64,000 nucleotides of DNA from Clostridia bacterium. Its GTDB lineage: Bacteria > Bacillota > Clostridia > UMGS1883 > UMGS1540. The translations under genes were made by a program, and so were the position numbers. The stretch lies in contig JAZSIR010000003.1 of NCBI GenBank assembly GCA_045533905.1, positions 28,976-92,975 on the forward strand, written 5' to 3'. The notes under the pieces were generated by a model. It did not search any database. It was not told where the DNA came from and saw only the letters and a program-made list of their open reading frames with translations. Each line of letters starts with the position of its first letter. Within the stretch, counting starts at the first letter, position 1. Positions 46,701 through 54,615 of this stretch are shown here, piece after piece.

Positions 46701-46885
46701 GTCATATCGCCTATATCATCAACACACGCGATATCGGCGCGATGAGCCAGGAAACGGACGGCTATTATATCCGCCGTTACGCTACGGAAAATAACATCAC
46801 GATTTTCACCGCGCTCGACACTGTACGCGTACTTCTTGACGTACTCGAAGAAACCACGCTCAGCATCTCCACGATTGATGCCTAA
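43712..46885 (+). CDS. carB: Carbamoyl-phosphate synthase large subunit
   Basis: 1057 aa with duplicated ATP-grasp halves (two IIGSGPIVIGQ / VLGAGPIRIGQ motifs) and a C-terminal MGS-like domain. GTG start after GGAGGA. No carA is adjacent. Confidence 0.9.
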   Translation: MAKRKDIKKILIIGSGPIVIGQAAEFDYAGTQACLALKEEGYEVVLCNSNPATIMTDTTIADKVYMEPLTLEYIAKILRYERPDAIVPGIGGQTGLNLAMQLEKKGVLKECEVELLGTTSESIERAEDRELFKELCQEIGEPTIPSEITYDLEEARRAASEIGYPVVLRPAFTLGGTGGGFANNEEELIEIGTNAFKLSPVHQVLIEKSVRGYKEIEFEVMRDAEDTAITICGMENVDPVGVHTGDSVVVAPIMTLSEKDETMLRESAIKIIRALKIEGGCNVQFALHPTTSEYYLIEVNPRVSRSSALASKASGYPIARVTAKIAVGMTLSEIQIANTTAAKEPRLDYVIAKLPRFPFDKFASAPNTLGTQMKATGEVMGIGTNLEECLLKSVRSLEIGAYHFHLPKFDSMNREELLEYITEFKDDTIFAVAALMRLGTDVATLHDITKITPYFLESIERIVKMEEEIAKNAGDVKTLLAAKKMGFSDKYIAKLWNMTELSVFELRKKENMFPVYKMVDTFHTDAYIPYFYSTYTGENASIVTDKKKIVVLGAGPIRIGQGVEFDYSTVHAVTTIKNSGYEAIIINNNPETVSTDYTTADKLYFEPLCTEDVMNILEMEKAEGVIASLGGQTAINLAAPLRDRGVRIIGTDCDAIERAENRDSFEKILEELHIPQPKGRAVTKIEDGVKAAAEIGYPVLVRPSFVLGGRAMQIVGGEEQLRHYLKTAVAIDEDKPVLVDKYIQGKEVEVDAICDGRDVFVPGIMELVERTGVHSGDSISVYPTFSISDKVKGTILGYAKKLGLGIGIIGLYNIQFIVDDKDDVYIIEVNPRSSRTVPFLSKATGYSLADIATEVILGKSLKEQGIFDLYPEEKNRYYVKVPVFSSNKIRGLDAYLSPEMKSTGEAIGYDDKLNRALYKALQASGMHLQNYGTVFATIADKDKPEALPLIRRFYNLGFNIEATEGTAKFLKENGIRTHVLRKIGEGSDEIQEALRQGHIAYIINTRDIGAMSQETDGYYIRRYATENNITIFTALDTVRVLLDVLEETTLSISTIDA

Positions 46886-46895
46886 AGGAGAAACT

Positions 46896-47621
46896 ATGAA
46901 ACAGGGATTTTTTGAAATCATAGAAAACAAGGCCCTTACAAAAGACGTATATCGTATGCGTCTTTTGGGGGACACCAGCGCCATCCTGCGCCCCGGTCAG
47001 TTTGTAAATATTAAGCTCGATGGCCTCTATCTCCGCCGCCCCATTTCCGTTTGTGAAGTCGACGGCGATGTCCTCACCATTCTTTACAAGGTGGTAGGCA
47101 AAGGGACAGAGGCGATGGCGGCGATGCAGACGGGAAAGCTCGACGTACTCACGGGTCTCGGCAACGGGTATGATACGGCGCCCGCAGGCGATAGCCCCCT
47201 TCTCATCGGGGGCGGCGTAGGCGTGCCGCCGCTTTACGGCCTTTGCAAGAAACTCATTGCCGAAGGCAAAAAGCCGACGGTGATTTTAGGCTTTAACACA
47301 AAAGACGAAGTCTTCTATAAAGAGGAATTTGAAAAGCTGGGTGCCACTACGATTGTGACTACCGTAGATGGCTCTGCCGGCACGCGCGGCTTTGTAACGG
47401 ATGCCCTGCCCGCAGAGTATTCGTATTTTTACACCTGCGGTCCCGAGCCGATGCTAAAAGCCGTGTTCGCGGCTACGAAAACCGAGGGCCAGCTTAGCTT
47501 TGAAGAGCGCATGGGCTGCGGCTTTGGCGCCTGTATGGGATGCTCCTGCAAAACGATTTTCGGCAATCGCCGCATCTGTAAGGAAGGCCCCGTGCTTTTG
47601 AAGGAGGAGATTCTGTGGTAG
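46896..47621 (+). CDS. pyrK: Dihydroorotate dehydrogenase electron-transfer subunit
   Basis: FNR-like fold (RPISV, GGGVGVPPL) and a C-terminal [2Fe-2S] CGFGACMGCSC. The start was moved to the ATG after AAAGGAG. Confidence 0.85.
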   Translation: MKQGFFEIIENKALTKDVYRMRLLGDTSAILRPGQFVNIKLDGLYLRRPISVCEVDGDVLTILYKVVGKGTEAMAAMQTGKLDVLTGLGNGYDTAPAGDSPLLIGGGVGVPPLYGLCKKLIAEGKKPTVILGFNTKDEVFYKEEFEKLGATTIVTTVDGSAGTRGFVTDALPAEYSYFYTCGPEPMLKAVFAATKTEGQLSFEERMGCGFGACMGCSCKTIFGNRRICKEGPVLLKEEILW

Positions 47622-48526
47622 ATACACGCGTTTCCCTTTGCGGAATAGAACTCGAAAACCCCGTCATTCCCGCAAGCGGCACGTTCGGCTTCGGGTATGA
47701 ATTTGCCGAAGTTTACGATATCAATATGCTCGGTACCTTCTCGTTTAAGGGGACAACAAAAGAACCGCGCTTTGGCAATCCCACACCAAGAATTGCAGAA
47801 TGCACCGCGGGTCTTATCAACGCCGTGGGGCTTCAGAACCCCGGTGTCGATAAGGTCATTTCGGAAGAACTGCCGCGTATGAAAAAGTGCTTTCATAAAA
47901 AGGTAATGGCAAACATCAGTGGCTTTTCCGTGGAGGAATATGTACACTGCGCGGAAAAACTCGACGCGTGCGACGAGGTAGGCTGGCTGGAAGTTAACGT
48001 CAGCTGCCCGAACGTACACGGCGGCGGTATGAGCTTTGGTACCGTTCCCGAAAACGCGGCCGAGGTCACACGCGCCGTACGCGCCAAAACGAAAAAACCG
48101 CTTATCATTAAGCTTTCGCCGAATGTAACCGACATTGTCGCCATCGCACGGGCATGCGAGGCGGCCGGGGCAGACGGCATAAGCCTTATCAATACGCTAC
48201 TCGGTATGCGCATAAATCTCAAAACGGGCAAACCCGTCATCGCGAACACCATGGGCGGCTTTTCGGGTCCGGCCATTTTCCCGGTAGCTGTACGTATGGT
48301 CTATCAGGTGGCAAACGCCGTGAAAATCCCCGTCGTCGGCATCGGCGGCGTGGAAACGGCCGAAAACGTGATTGAGATGATGATGGCAGGTGCCACGGCC
48401 GTTGAAGTCGGCGCGGCAAACCTTGTAAATCCGTACGCCTGCCGCGATATTATTTTAGACCTGCCGCGCGTTATGGAAAAATACAAAATCAATTCGCTCT
48501 CCGAAATCATCGGAAGTGCAAGATAG
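47615..48526 (+). CDS. pyrD: Dihydroorotate dehydrogenase catalytic subunit (class 1B)
   Basis: [31 protein letters not shown], and the catalytic Cys region NVSCPNV. Confidence 0.9.
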   Translation: MVDTRVSLCGIELENPVIPASGTFGFGYEFAEVYDINMLGTFSFKGTTKEPRFGNPTPRIAECTAGLINAVGLQNPGVDKVISEELPRMKKCFHKKVMANISGFSVEEYVHCAEKLDACDEVGWLEVNVSCPNVHGGGMSFGTVPENAAEVTRAVRAKTKKPLIIKLSPNVTDIVAIARACEAAGADGISLINTLLGMRINLKTGKPVIANTMGGFSGPAIFPVAVRMVYQVANAVKIPVVGIGGVETAENVIEMMMAGATAVEVGAANLVNPYACRDIILDLPRVMEKYKINSLSEIIGSAR

Positions 48527-48540
48527 AAAGGAAGAAGAAA

Positions 48541-49239
48541 ATGGGAAAAGATGTAATTATTGCCTGCGATTTTGACTCTGCAGAAAAATGCCTCGCTTTC
48601 CTCGATAAGTTTGAGGGGAAGAAGCCGTTTGTAAAAATCGGTATGGAGCTCTTTTACGGCGCAGGCCCCGACATTGTGCGCCAGATTAAAGAACGCGGCC
48701 ATAAAATTTTTCTCGATTTAAAGCTTTGCGATATTCCGAACACGGTGAAAAAGTCGATGGCGGTGCTTTCGAAGCTCGATGTGGATATGACAAATCTCCA
48801 CGCTTTCGGCACGATTCCGATGATGGAAGCGGCGATTGAAGGGCTTACGCGTCCCGACGGCACACGCCCCATTCTCATTGCCGTAACCCAGCTTACAAGC
48901 ACGGATGAAGCGCATATGAAGAGCGACCTTCTCATAAACGAACCGATTGACCGCGTGGTTATGCACTATGCAGAAAATGCAAAACGCGCAGGGCTTGACG
49001 GCGTAGTTTGCTCGCCGCTTGAGGCAGGCAAGGTGCACGAAGCTTGCGGCGAGAAGTTTTTAACCGTTACCCCCGGCGTTCGCTTTGCGGACGGCGATGT
49101 GGGCGACCAAAAGCGCATCACCACGCCCGAAGGCGCGAAGGCGCTCGGCTCTGACTACATCGTAGTCGGCCGCCCGATTACCGCGGCAGAAGACCCCGTT
49201 GCGGCATACGAAAGATGCATGAAAGAATTTGTAGGATAA
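48541..49239 (+). CDS. pyrF: Orotidine-5'-phosphate decarboxylase
   Basis: IIACDF...KIGMELF...[13 protein letters not shown]...YIVVGRPIT. Confidence 0.9.
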   Translation: MGKDVIIACDFDSAEKCLAFLDKFEGKKPFVKIGMELFYGAGPDIVRQIKERGHKIFLDLKLCDIPNTVKKSMAVLSKLDVDMTNLHAFGTIPMMEAAIEGLTRPDGTRPILIAVTQLTSTDEAHMKSDLLINEPIDRVVMHYAENAKRAGLDGVVCSPLEAGKVHEACGEKFLTVTPGVRFADGDVGDQKRITTPEGAKALGSDYIVVGRPITAAEDPVAAYERCMKEFVG

Positions 49240-49257
49240 AAAAGGGGAGGAACGAAA

Positions 49258-49899
49258 ATGCAAAAGCAGATAGCAAAGGATTTACTTTCAATCAAGGCCG
49301 TATTCTTTAGACCGGACGAGCCCTTCACATGGGCAAGCGGCATTAAAAGCCCCGTTTACTGCGATAATCGCCTCACGCTCACAGCACCCGAGGTACGCTC
49401 GCACATCGAAAACGGTCTTGCAAGCCTTATAAAAGAACAGTACCCCGAAGCGGAAGTACTTATGGGCACTTCCACCGCAGGCATTGCGCACGCCGCAATT
49501 ACCGCGCACATTTTAGATATGCCGATGGGCTATGTCCGCTCCGGCAAAAAGGACCACGGCAGACAGAACCAGATTGAAGGCCGCCTTGAAAAGGGGCAGA
49601 AGGTTGTTGTTGTGGAAGACCTTATTTCCACCGGCGGCAGCGTTATCGAGGTTGTAGATGTACTGCGCGAGGCAGGCGCCGAGGTTTTGGGCGTTGTCAG
49701 CATCTTTACCTACGGTATGAAAAAAGGCCTTGTACGCCTCGAAGAAGCAAATGTAAAGAACATTTCGCTCACGAACTTTGATGTTATCGCCGAGATTGCC
49801 GCGGAAGAAGGCTATATTCGTCCCGAGGACGTAGCACGCCTTATCGCATTCCGTAATAACCCCTCGGATGAATCCTGGATACAGGGGGCGGCGAAATGA
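49258..49899 (+). CDS. pyrE: Orotate phosphoribosyltransferase
   Basis: PRPP-binding motif VVVVEDLISTGGS. Confidence 0.9.
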   Translation: MQKQIAKDLLSIKAVFFRPDEPFTWASGIKSPVYCDNRLTLTAPEVRSHIENGLASLIKEQYPEAEVLMGTSTAGIAHAAITAHILDMPMGYVRSGKKDHGRQNQIEGRLEKGQKVVVVEDLISTGGSVIEVVDVLREAGAEVLGVVSIFTYGMKKGLVRLEEANVKNISLTNFDVIAEIAAEEGYIRPEDVARLIAFRNNPSDESWIQGAAK

Positions 49900-50984
49900 A
49901 ACGGAGTGTAATCGATATTCTGGATTTATCCGTAGCGGAGGTGGACGCGCTTCTCGATACCGCCGAAGATATTATGGATAACCCGAAGAAGTACGCAGAA
50001 AAGTGCCACGGCAAAAAGCTTGCCACGCTCTTTTTTGAGCCCTCTACCCGTACGCGATTAAGCTTTGAAGCGGCGATGTACGAGCTTGGCGGCAATGTGC
50101 TCGGCTTTTCTGAGGCGAGCAGTTCTTCTGCCTCCAAAGGGGAGAGCATGGCAGATACCGCTAAAGTTTTAAGCTGCTATGCCGATATTATGGCCATTCG
50201 CCACCCGAAGGCAGGTGCCCCGTTTGTAGCGGCACAGAATGCTTCCGTACCTGTCATCAACGCGGGCGACGGCGGCCATTGCCATCCCACCCAGACCCTT
50301 GCGGACCTTTTAACGATTCGCAGAAAGAAGGGAACCTTAGAAAATCTCACCGTCGGCTTTTGCGGCGACCTCAAATACGGCAGAACCGTACACTCTCTCA
50401 TCGCCGCGCTCTCGAGATATCCGGGCACAAAATTTGTGCTGATTTCGCCCGAGGAGCTGGCTGTTCCGAGCTATGTAAAACGCGAGATTCTCGATGCGAA
50501 AAATATTGAGTATCGCCAGGCTACAAGCCTTGAAGCCGTGCTTCCGGACCTCGATATTCTCTATATGACGCGTATTCAAAGAGAACGCTTTGAAAACCCC
50601 GAGGAATATGAACGCCTGAAAGATAGTTATATCTTAACGGCCGACAAGCTTTCCCACGCGAGAGAGGCACTTATCGTAATGCATCCCCTGCCACGCGTGA
50701 ATGAAATCAGCGTTTCGGTGGATGACGACCCGCGCGCCTCGTATTTCCTGCAGGTACTCTGCGGCAAGTATATGCGCATGGCGCTCATTCTGAAGCTTCT
50801 TGAAAGCGCTGCGCACGATGTCGCACCTTTTTCTGAGGATGTGGTTATCGATAGACTCGAGTGCAAAAATCCCGCTTGCATCACTTCCTGCGAGCAGGAG
50901 CTGCCGCACACCTTCCGCCTTGTCAATGCAGAAAAGAAGATTTATCGCTGTGTGTACTGCGAAGAAAAAGTTACCGATAACTAA
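49896..50984 (+). CDS. pyrB: Aspartate carbamoyltransferase catalytic chain fused to a PyrI-type C-terminal zinc domain
   Basis: PyrB motifs STRTR, HPTQ, HPLP. A C-terminal stretch of about 55 aa, CKNPACITSCE...YRCVYCEEK, matches the PyrI Zn domain (CPNSNCISHAE...LKCKYCEKEF). The allosteric nucleotide-binding domain is absent. Confidence 0.8.
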   Translation: MKRSVIDILDLSVAEVDALLDTAEDIMDNPKKYAEKCHGKKLATLFFEPSTRTRLSFEAAMYELGGNVLGFSEASSSSASKGESMADTAKVLSCYADIMAIRHPKAGAPFVAAQNASVPVINAGDGGHCHPTQTLADLLTIRRKKGTLENLTVGFCGDLKYGRTVHSLIAALSRYPGTKFVLISPEELAVPSYVKREILDAKNIEYRQATSLEAVLPDLDILYMTRIQRERFENPEEYERLKDSYILTADKLSHAREALIVMHPLPRVNEISVSVDDDPRASYFLQVLCGKYMRMALILKLLESAAHDVAPFSEDVVIDRLECKNPACITSCEQELPHTFRLVNAEKKIYRCVYCEEKVTDN

Positions 50985-50990
50985 GAAATA

Positions 50991-51032
50991 CAAAAAGAGA
51001 GAGCAAGGAAAAATCCTTGCTCTCTCTTTTTA
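50991..51032. terminator. Bidirectional terminator between the pyr operon and the convergent U32-like gene
   Basis: AAAAA-GAGAGAGCAAGG-AAAAAT-CCTTGCTCTCTC-TTTTT. Confidence 0.8.
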
Positions 51033-52046
51033 TTGTAATACAAGGGAAGCCTCCAGCACCGCCTTGCAATAGCTGCATTTTGTGCAGTCCTTGTCGCAGG
51101 CGGTGGTCTTTTCCCAGAAGTCAGCGGGGATTTTGGAACTGTCAATTACATAAGGCGCGAAGGCGGGGCCAAAGCCCGGCTCAAAAAGGTCTAAGAGATT
51201 TCCGAAATACCGGCCCTTTGCATAGGCATCTATGACCATACCGGGCAGATGATGTGCGCGCGTGGCAAGCTTTACGGTGTCGGCAAGCCCTTCATAGTGG
51301 GCGATATCCTCAGGCCGGATCCAGGTATTTTGCAAAACGGAAACAAAGTTTTCTTTGTTTTTCAGGTGGTTCCAGCACATATACGGCATAAAGTCTATGT
51401 TTTTCCGTGCCGCAATTTCGGCCTCGTGCGCCACCATATTGTCGTGAAAAATCTGGCCGCTGCAATCCCGCATACAGCCGCTGTTGGCTAAAATCGTGAT
51501 TTTCTTGCCGTTTTCCTCCGCCCACTTTTTAAGGGCGCCGAGGCGTGCGAGGTCGCGGTTACATTCTTTTGCGACACAGAAGCTGTCAAAAAGGTGCGAT
51601 ACATACTGCATACCCTTCACGGAGGATATTTTCATATTCACGGAGGCCTTCCGATCTACTTCGGGGTATTCCTCTTTGACAATGTGCGCAATGGCAGGGG
51701 AGGTGGTGGTCACTACATCCGGCATAAGCCCTGCTTCTCCGAGGTGGTCAATGACAGAGCACACGCGTCCCCGAAGCACTTCGCTTATCGCTTCGGCACC
51801 GTAGCAGTTTGCATTGAAAAGTAAATCGGTTCGGATGCCCATCGCCTTGATTTCGGAAAGCTCGTCGAGCACCTTCCCGGAAAGGCCGTACTCAAAATAG
51901 CCGTCATACCCGCCGAGGGCAGAGCGCCCGCTGGGCGTACCCACAAAGGCATAGTATACCGATTCGATTCGGTCTTTATACCGCTTTACAATGGAGGGAA
52001 AGGGCATTTCTTCATTATGCTGGTACCCTACCGAAAGCTTTACCAT
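51030..52046 (-). CDS. Peptidase U32-family protein (RlhA/TrhP/UbiU-like, putative Fe-S hydroxylase/protease family)
   Basis: Similar to U32 N-terminal and core regions (..SVYYAFVGTPSGRSALGGY..; ITILANSGCMRDCSGQIF versus the U32 signature). C-terminal Cys cluster CDKDCTKCSYC. The start was moved to the ATG after GGAGG. Confidence 0.5.
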   Translation of the reverse strand: MVKLSVGYQHNEEMPFPSIVKRYKDRIESVYYAFVGTPSGRSALGGYDGYFEYGLSGKVLDELSEIKAMGIRTDLLFNANCYGAEAISEVLRGRVCSVIDHLGEAGLMPDVVTTTSPAIAHIVKEEYPEVDRKASVNMKISSVKGMQYVSHLFDSFCVAKECNRDLARLGALKKWAEENGKKITILANSGCMRDCSGQIFHDNMVAHEAEIAARKNIDFMPYMCWNHLKNKENFVSVLQNTWIRPEDIAHYEGLADTVKLATRAHHLPGMVIDAYAKGRYFGNLLDLFEPGFGPAFAPYVIDSSKIPADFWEKTTACDKDCTKCSYCKAVLEASLVLQ

Positions 52047-52047
52047 A

Positions 52048-53115
52048 TCAGTCTGCCTCCAGGTCGTGCTTTTTGGAAAGCGCGTTTGCATCTTCTGTGT
52101 GTGCGGCAATCTTCGACATCGCCCCAAGACCGCTTACGGCGGTGTTGCCGCCTTCTATGGCTTCATAGTCCGACCAGTCCACGCTCCAGAGCGGTTTTCT
52201 GCGGAAGGGCTTTTGGAATTTGTTTTTGAGAACATCTCTTTTTTCCAGTGAGACCATACACGCTCTCGTGCAGCCTTTTGCACCGCATACAGCCTGCCCT
52301 GTGTTATAGAGGTTTGCAGGCTTATAGTAGAAAGGAGAATGGGAAGCAGGCTTTACATCGTCGCGCCCTTCTTGATACGTGCCTTTTTCGCCATCCTCAC
52401 AAAGCTCGCCGCCGCGGAAGGCAATGTCGCACGCGTCGCAGTCCAGCTCGCCCCACTCTACCTCGTGGCCGGCAAGGGTAACCTTTACGGTCTTGGTGCC
52501 GCTGATGGCGCCGCCGGGGCACTCCCGCACACACGCTTTGCACTTATTGCAAAGCTGGGGGCCGTTATAGATGGGGTCGGCCTCAAGCTCGAGCTCCGTT
52601 AAAATTACGCCCACGCGTACGCGCGGCCCGAATTCGGGCGTTATGAGCATTTTGCTGTAGCCGATTTCGCCGAGGCCCGCGAGATACGCGCAGATGCGAA
52701 GATGCAGCATAATGTCCGGCTGCGGTTTCCCGGGCTCTACAGGCTTCGAATAATGCTTTCGGATATTGCCTTCATTGTCAATGCCGCGCCAGTCGCTCTG
52801 GTGTCCCAAAGGAATGGCTTCATAGCCTTCATCCTCAATGAAGCGGCACATATTGATTACCGTCATCGGAATATAGGTATAGGTGAGGCCGCCGTAGCCC
52901 ATAGCGGAATAGTTGGAGAAGAAGGTGCCTTCCTCAATGCCGCGAAGCGAGCCGCGCATCACACGAAAGCCCATAACAATCATACTTTTTGCCTCGGGCA
53001 TAATAAAGCGCGGGTCCATATGCGGCGGGCACCCTTCAAATCTGTCAAGCGTTGTGATCCCGCAGATATCGGCACCACACTGATAGGCCAGTTGTTTAAT
53101 CTCTTTTGCGTTCAT
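52048..53115 (-). CDS. QueG-like (epoxyqueuosine reductase / RdhA-superfamily) 4Fe-4S protein
   Basis: The N-terminus IKQLAYQCGADICGITTLD.. and LITPEFGPRVRVGVILTELELEAD..CNKCKACVRECPGGAI are collinear with the QueG DUF1730 + ferredoxin region. The second cluster motif is degenerate. Confidence 0.45.
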   Translation of the reverse strand: MNAKEIKQLAYQCGADICGITTLDRFEGCPPHMDPRFIMPEAKSMIVMGFRVMRGSLRGIEEGTFFSNYSAMGYGGLTYTYIPMTVINMCRFIEDEGYEAIPLGHQSDWRGIDNEGNIRKHYSKPVEPGKPQPDIMLHLRICAYLAGLGEIGYSKMLITPEFGPRVRVGVILTELELEADPIYNGPQLCNKCKACVRECPGGAISGTKTVKVTLAGHEVEWGELDCDACDIAFRGGELCEDGEKGTYQEGRDDVKPASHSPFYYKPANLYNTGQAVCGAKGCTRACMVSLEKRDVLKNKFQKPFRRKPLWSVDWSDYEAIEGGNTAVSGLGAMSKIAAHTEDANALSKKHDLEAD

Positions 53116-53124
53116 TTTTACACC

Positions 53125-54615
53125 TCATTTAATTTCTATAAGATAGACCGCGTTTGCAGTCAGCTTCAGCTTTATACTTCGGGATGCGGGAGACGAAGCG
53201 ATGGGGCGAAGGGTTCCTTCCCCGCGTAAAAGGCGGATTTCCTCTTCCGAAAGTGCGGGGGAGAGCCCCATTCTTTCGTATAGGCGGAAGGGATTTGTAT
53301 TTTCGCGGTCGATGCAATATACGATTGCCGTTTTGCCCTCGATATTACCATCAAAGACGAGCTCTTCCCAAACCTCCGGCAAATCCTCTTCGAATTTTTC
53401 GGCGCAGTAGGTAAGAAGGACGGCATAGTCGCCGTTTTCGTTTTTGGTGGGGATGACAAAAACATTTTTGTTTTCGCACTGCGCTGCAAGAAGGCCCCGG
53501 TGCAGCTTTGCTCCTAAAACGTGCGCATTATAAATGGGTTTTGCGAAGAAGTTTAGGGTAAAGAAGTTCCGAAAGCCCGAAAAATCCGTCACCATTTCGT
53601 GCTGGCCGGAAAGGCAAAGCATCAATTTTGAAATATGCCAGCCCTTTTCGATAATGGTAGCAACAAGCTTTACAAAATAGGCAGAAAACACTTCCGTTTC
53701 TCTTGCAATGAAGTAGGGGCATTCCTCAATATTATAAAAACCCTGCCCGGACATACCCCACTCGTCAATGATCATTTCCGTATTGTCAAAGCCGCATTTT
53801 TGGATAACGGCCAGCGTTTCCTCGTGCACGTGGACCCAGTTGCCAACGTTGAAGCCGCAGTATTCATTACAAAGCCGCCATACACCGGTGCCGCCGTAAT
53901 TGTGGTAGGAAATAAAGTCGAGCGGGAGCCGGTTTTCTTTGACGTACCCCAGAAAATCCTCTAAAAACGGGAGCCTGTGCGCAAGTGCGGGGCCGCCGAT
54001 GCGAAGCCGCTTTGACACGCTTTTTACACCTTTGGCAAAGGCACGGTACAGCTTGCAGTATTCCTGCGCGCGGATTTTCAAGCCCGCCTCGTCATCCGGC
54101 AGATCGGAAAGGAAGAAAAAGCGGATATCCGGCTCATTGAAGCACTGGAGATGCCAGCCGGAAACCGTTTCGATGCCGTACCGTTCCACAAGATGGGCGG
54201 TGTACGTGTGGCATATTTCTTCCCAAAGCGCATAGTCCAAAGGGGCAGAGGTATTGATAAGCTTTCCTTTATACCGCGTTTTGTTTTTACTTACGGAGGA
54301 GGTGGCATTTTTGTTGGTCGCAATGCACTCGGGCATCATCCCGTAGGCAATGAGAAGGTCATATCCCTTTTCGATAAGGTAGTCCAAGCGAAGGTCGCTG
54401 AGCCTGAAATCATAGGCAAGCGTCCCATCCCCGTCAAGATAGACGATATCCTCCAGCATCGCATAAATTCTGACAGTTTGTATAGCCCCATCCTTCGCCA
54501 TCCGGTCGAGAATCCGCCTGCCCCACGCATCTTCCACGGCGTCCGTCGGATGGAAAAGACAATTATTCCAGAAATTTTTCCGGTCTCGTATTTTTTCGCT
54601 GCCGATGGTTATCAT
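53125..54615 (-). CDS. Glycoside hydrolase, clan GH-A (GH39-like beta-xylosidase fold)
   Basis: CFNEPD (acid/base) and IDEWG (nucleophile) motifs. 496 aa, no signal peptide. Confidence 0.5.
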   Translation of the reverse strand: MITIGSEKIRDRKNFWNNCLFHPTDAVEDAWGRRILDRMAKDGAIQTVRIYAMLEDIVYLDGDGTLAYDFRLSDLRLDYLIEKGYDLLIAYGMMPECIATNKNATSSVSKNKTRYKGKLINTSAPLDYALWEEICHTYTAHLVERYGIETVSGWHLQCFNEPDIRFFFLSDLPDDEAGLKIRAQEYCKLYRAFAKGVKSVSKRLRIGGPALAHRLPFLEDFLGYVKENRLPLDFISYHNYGGTGVWRLCNEYCGFNVGNWVHVHEETLAVIQKCGFDNTEMIIDEWGMSGQGFYNIEECPYFIARETEVFSAYFVKLVATIIEKGWHISKLMLCLSGQHEMVTDFSGFRNFFTLNFFAKPIYNAHVLGAKLHRGLLAAQCENKNVFVIPTKNENGDYAVLLTYCAEKFEEDLPEVWEELVFDGNIEGKTAIVYCIDRENTNPFRLYERMGLSPALSEEEIRLLRGEGTLRPIASSPASRSIKLKLTANAVYLIEIK

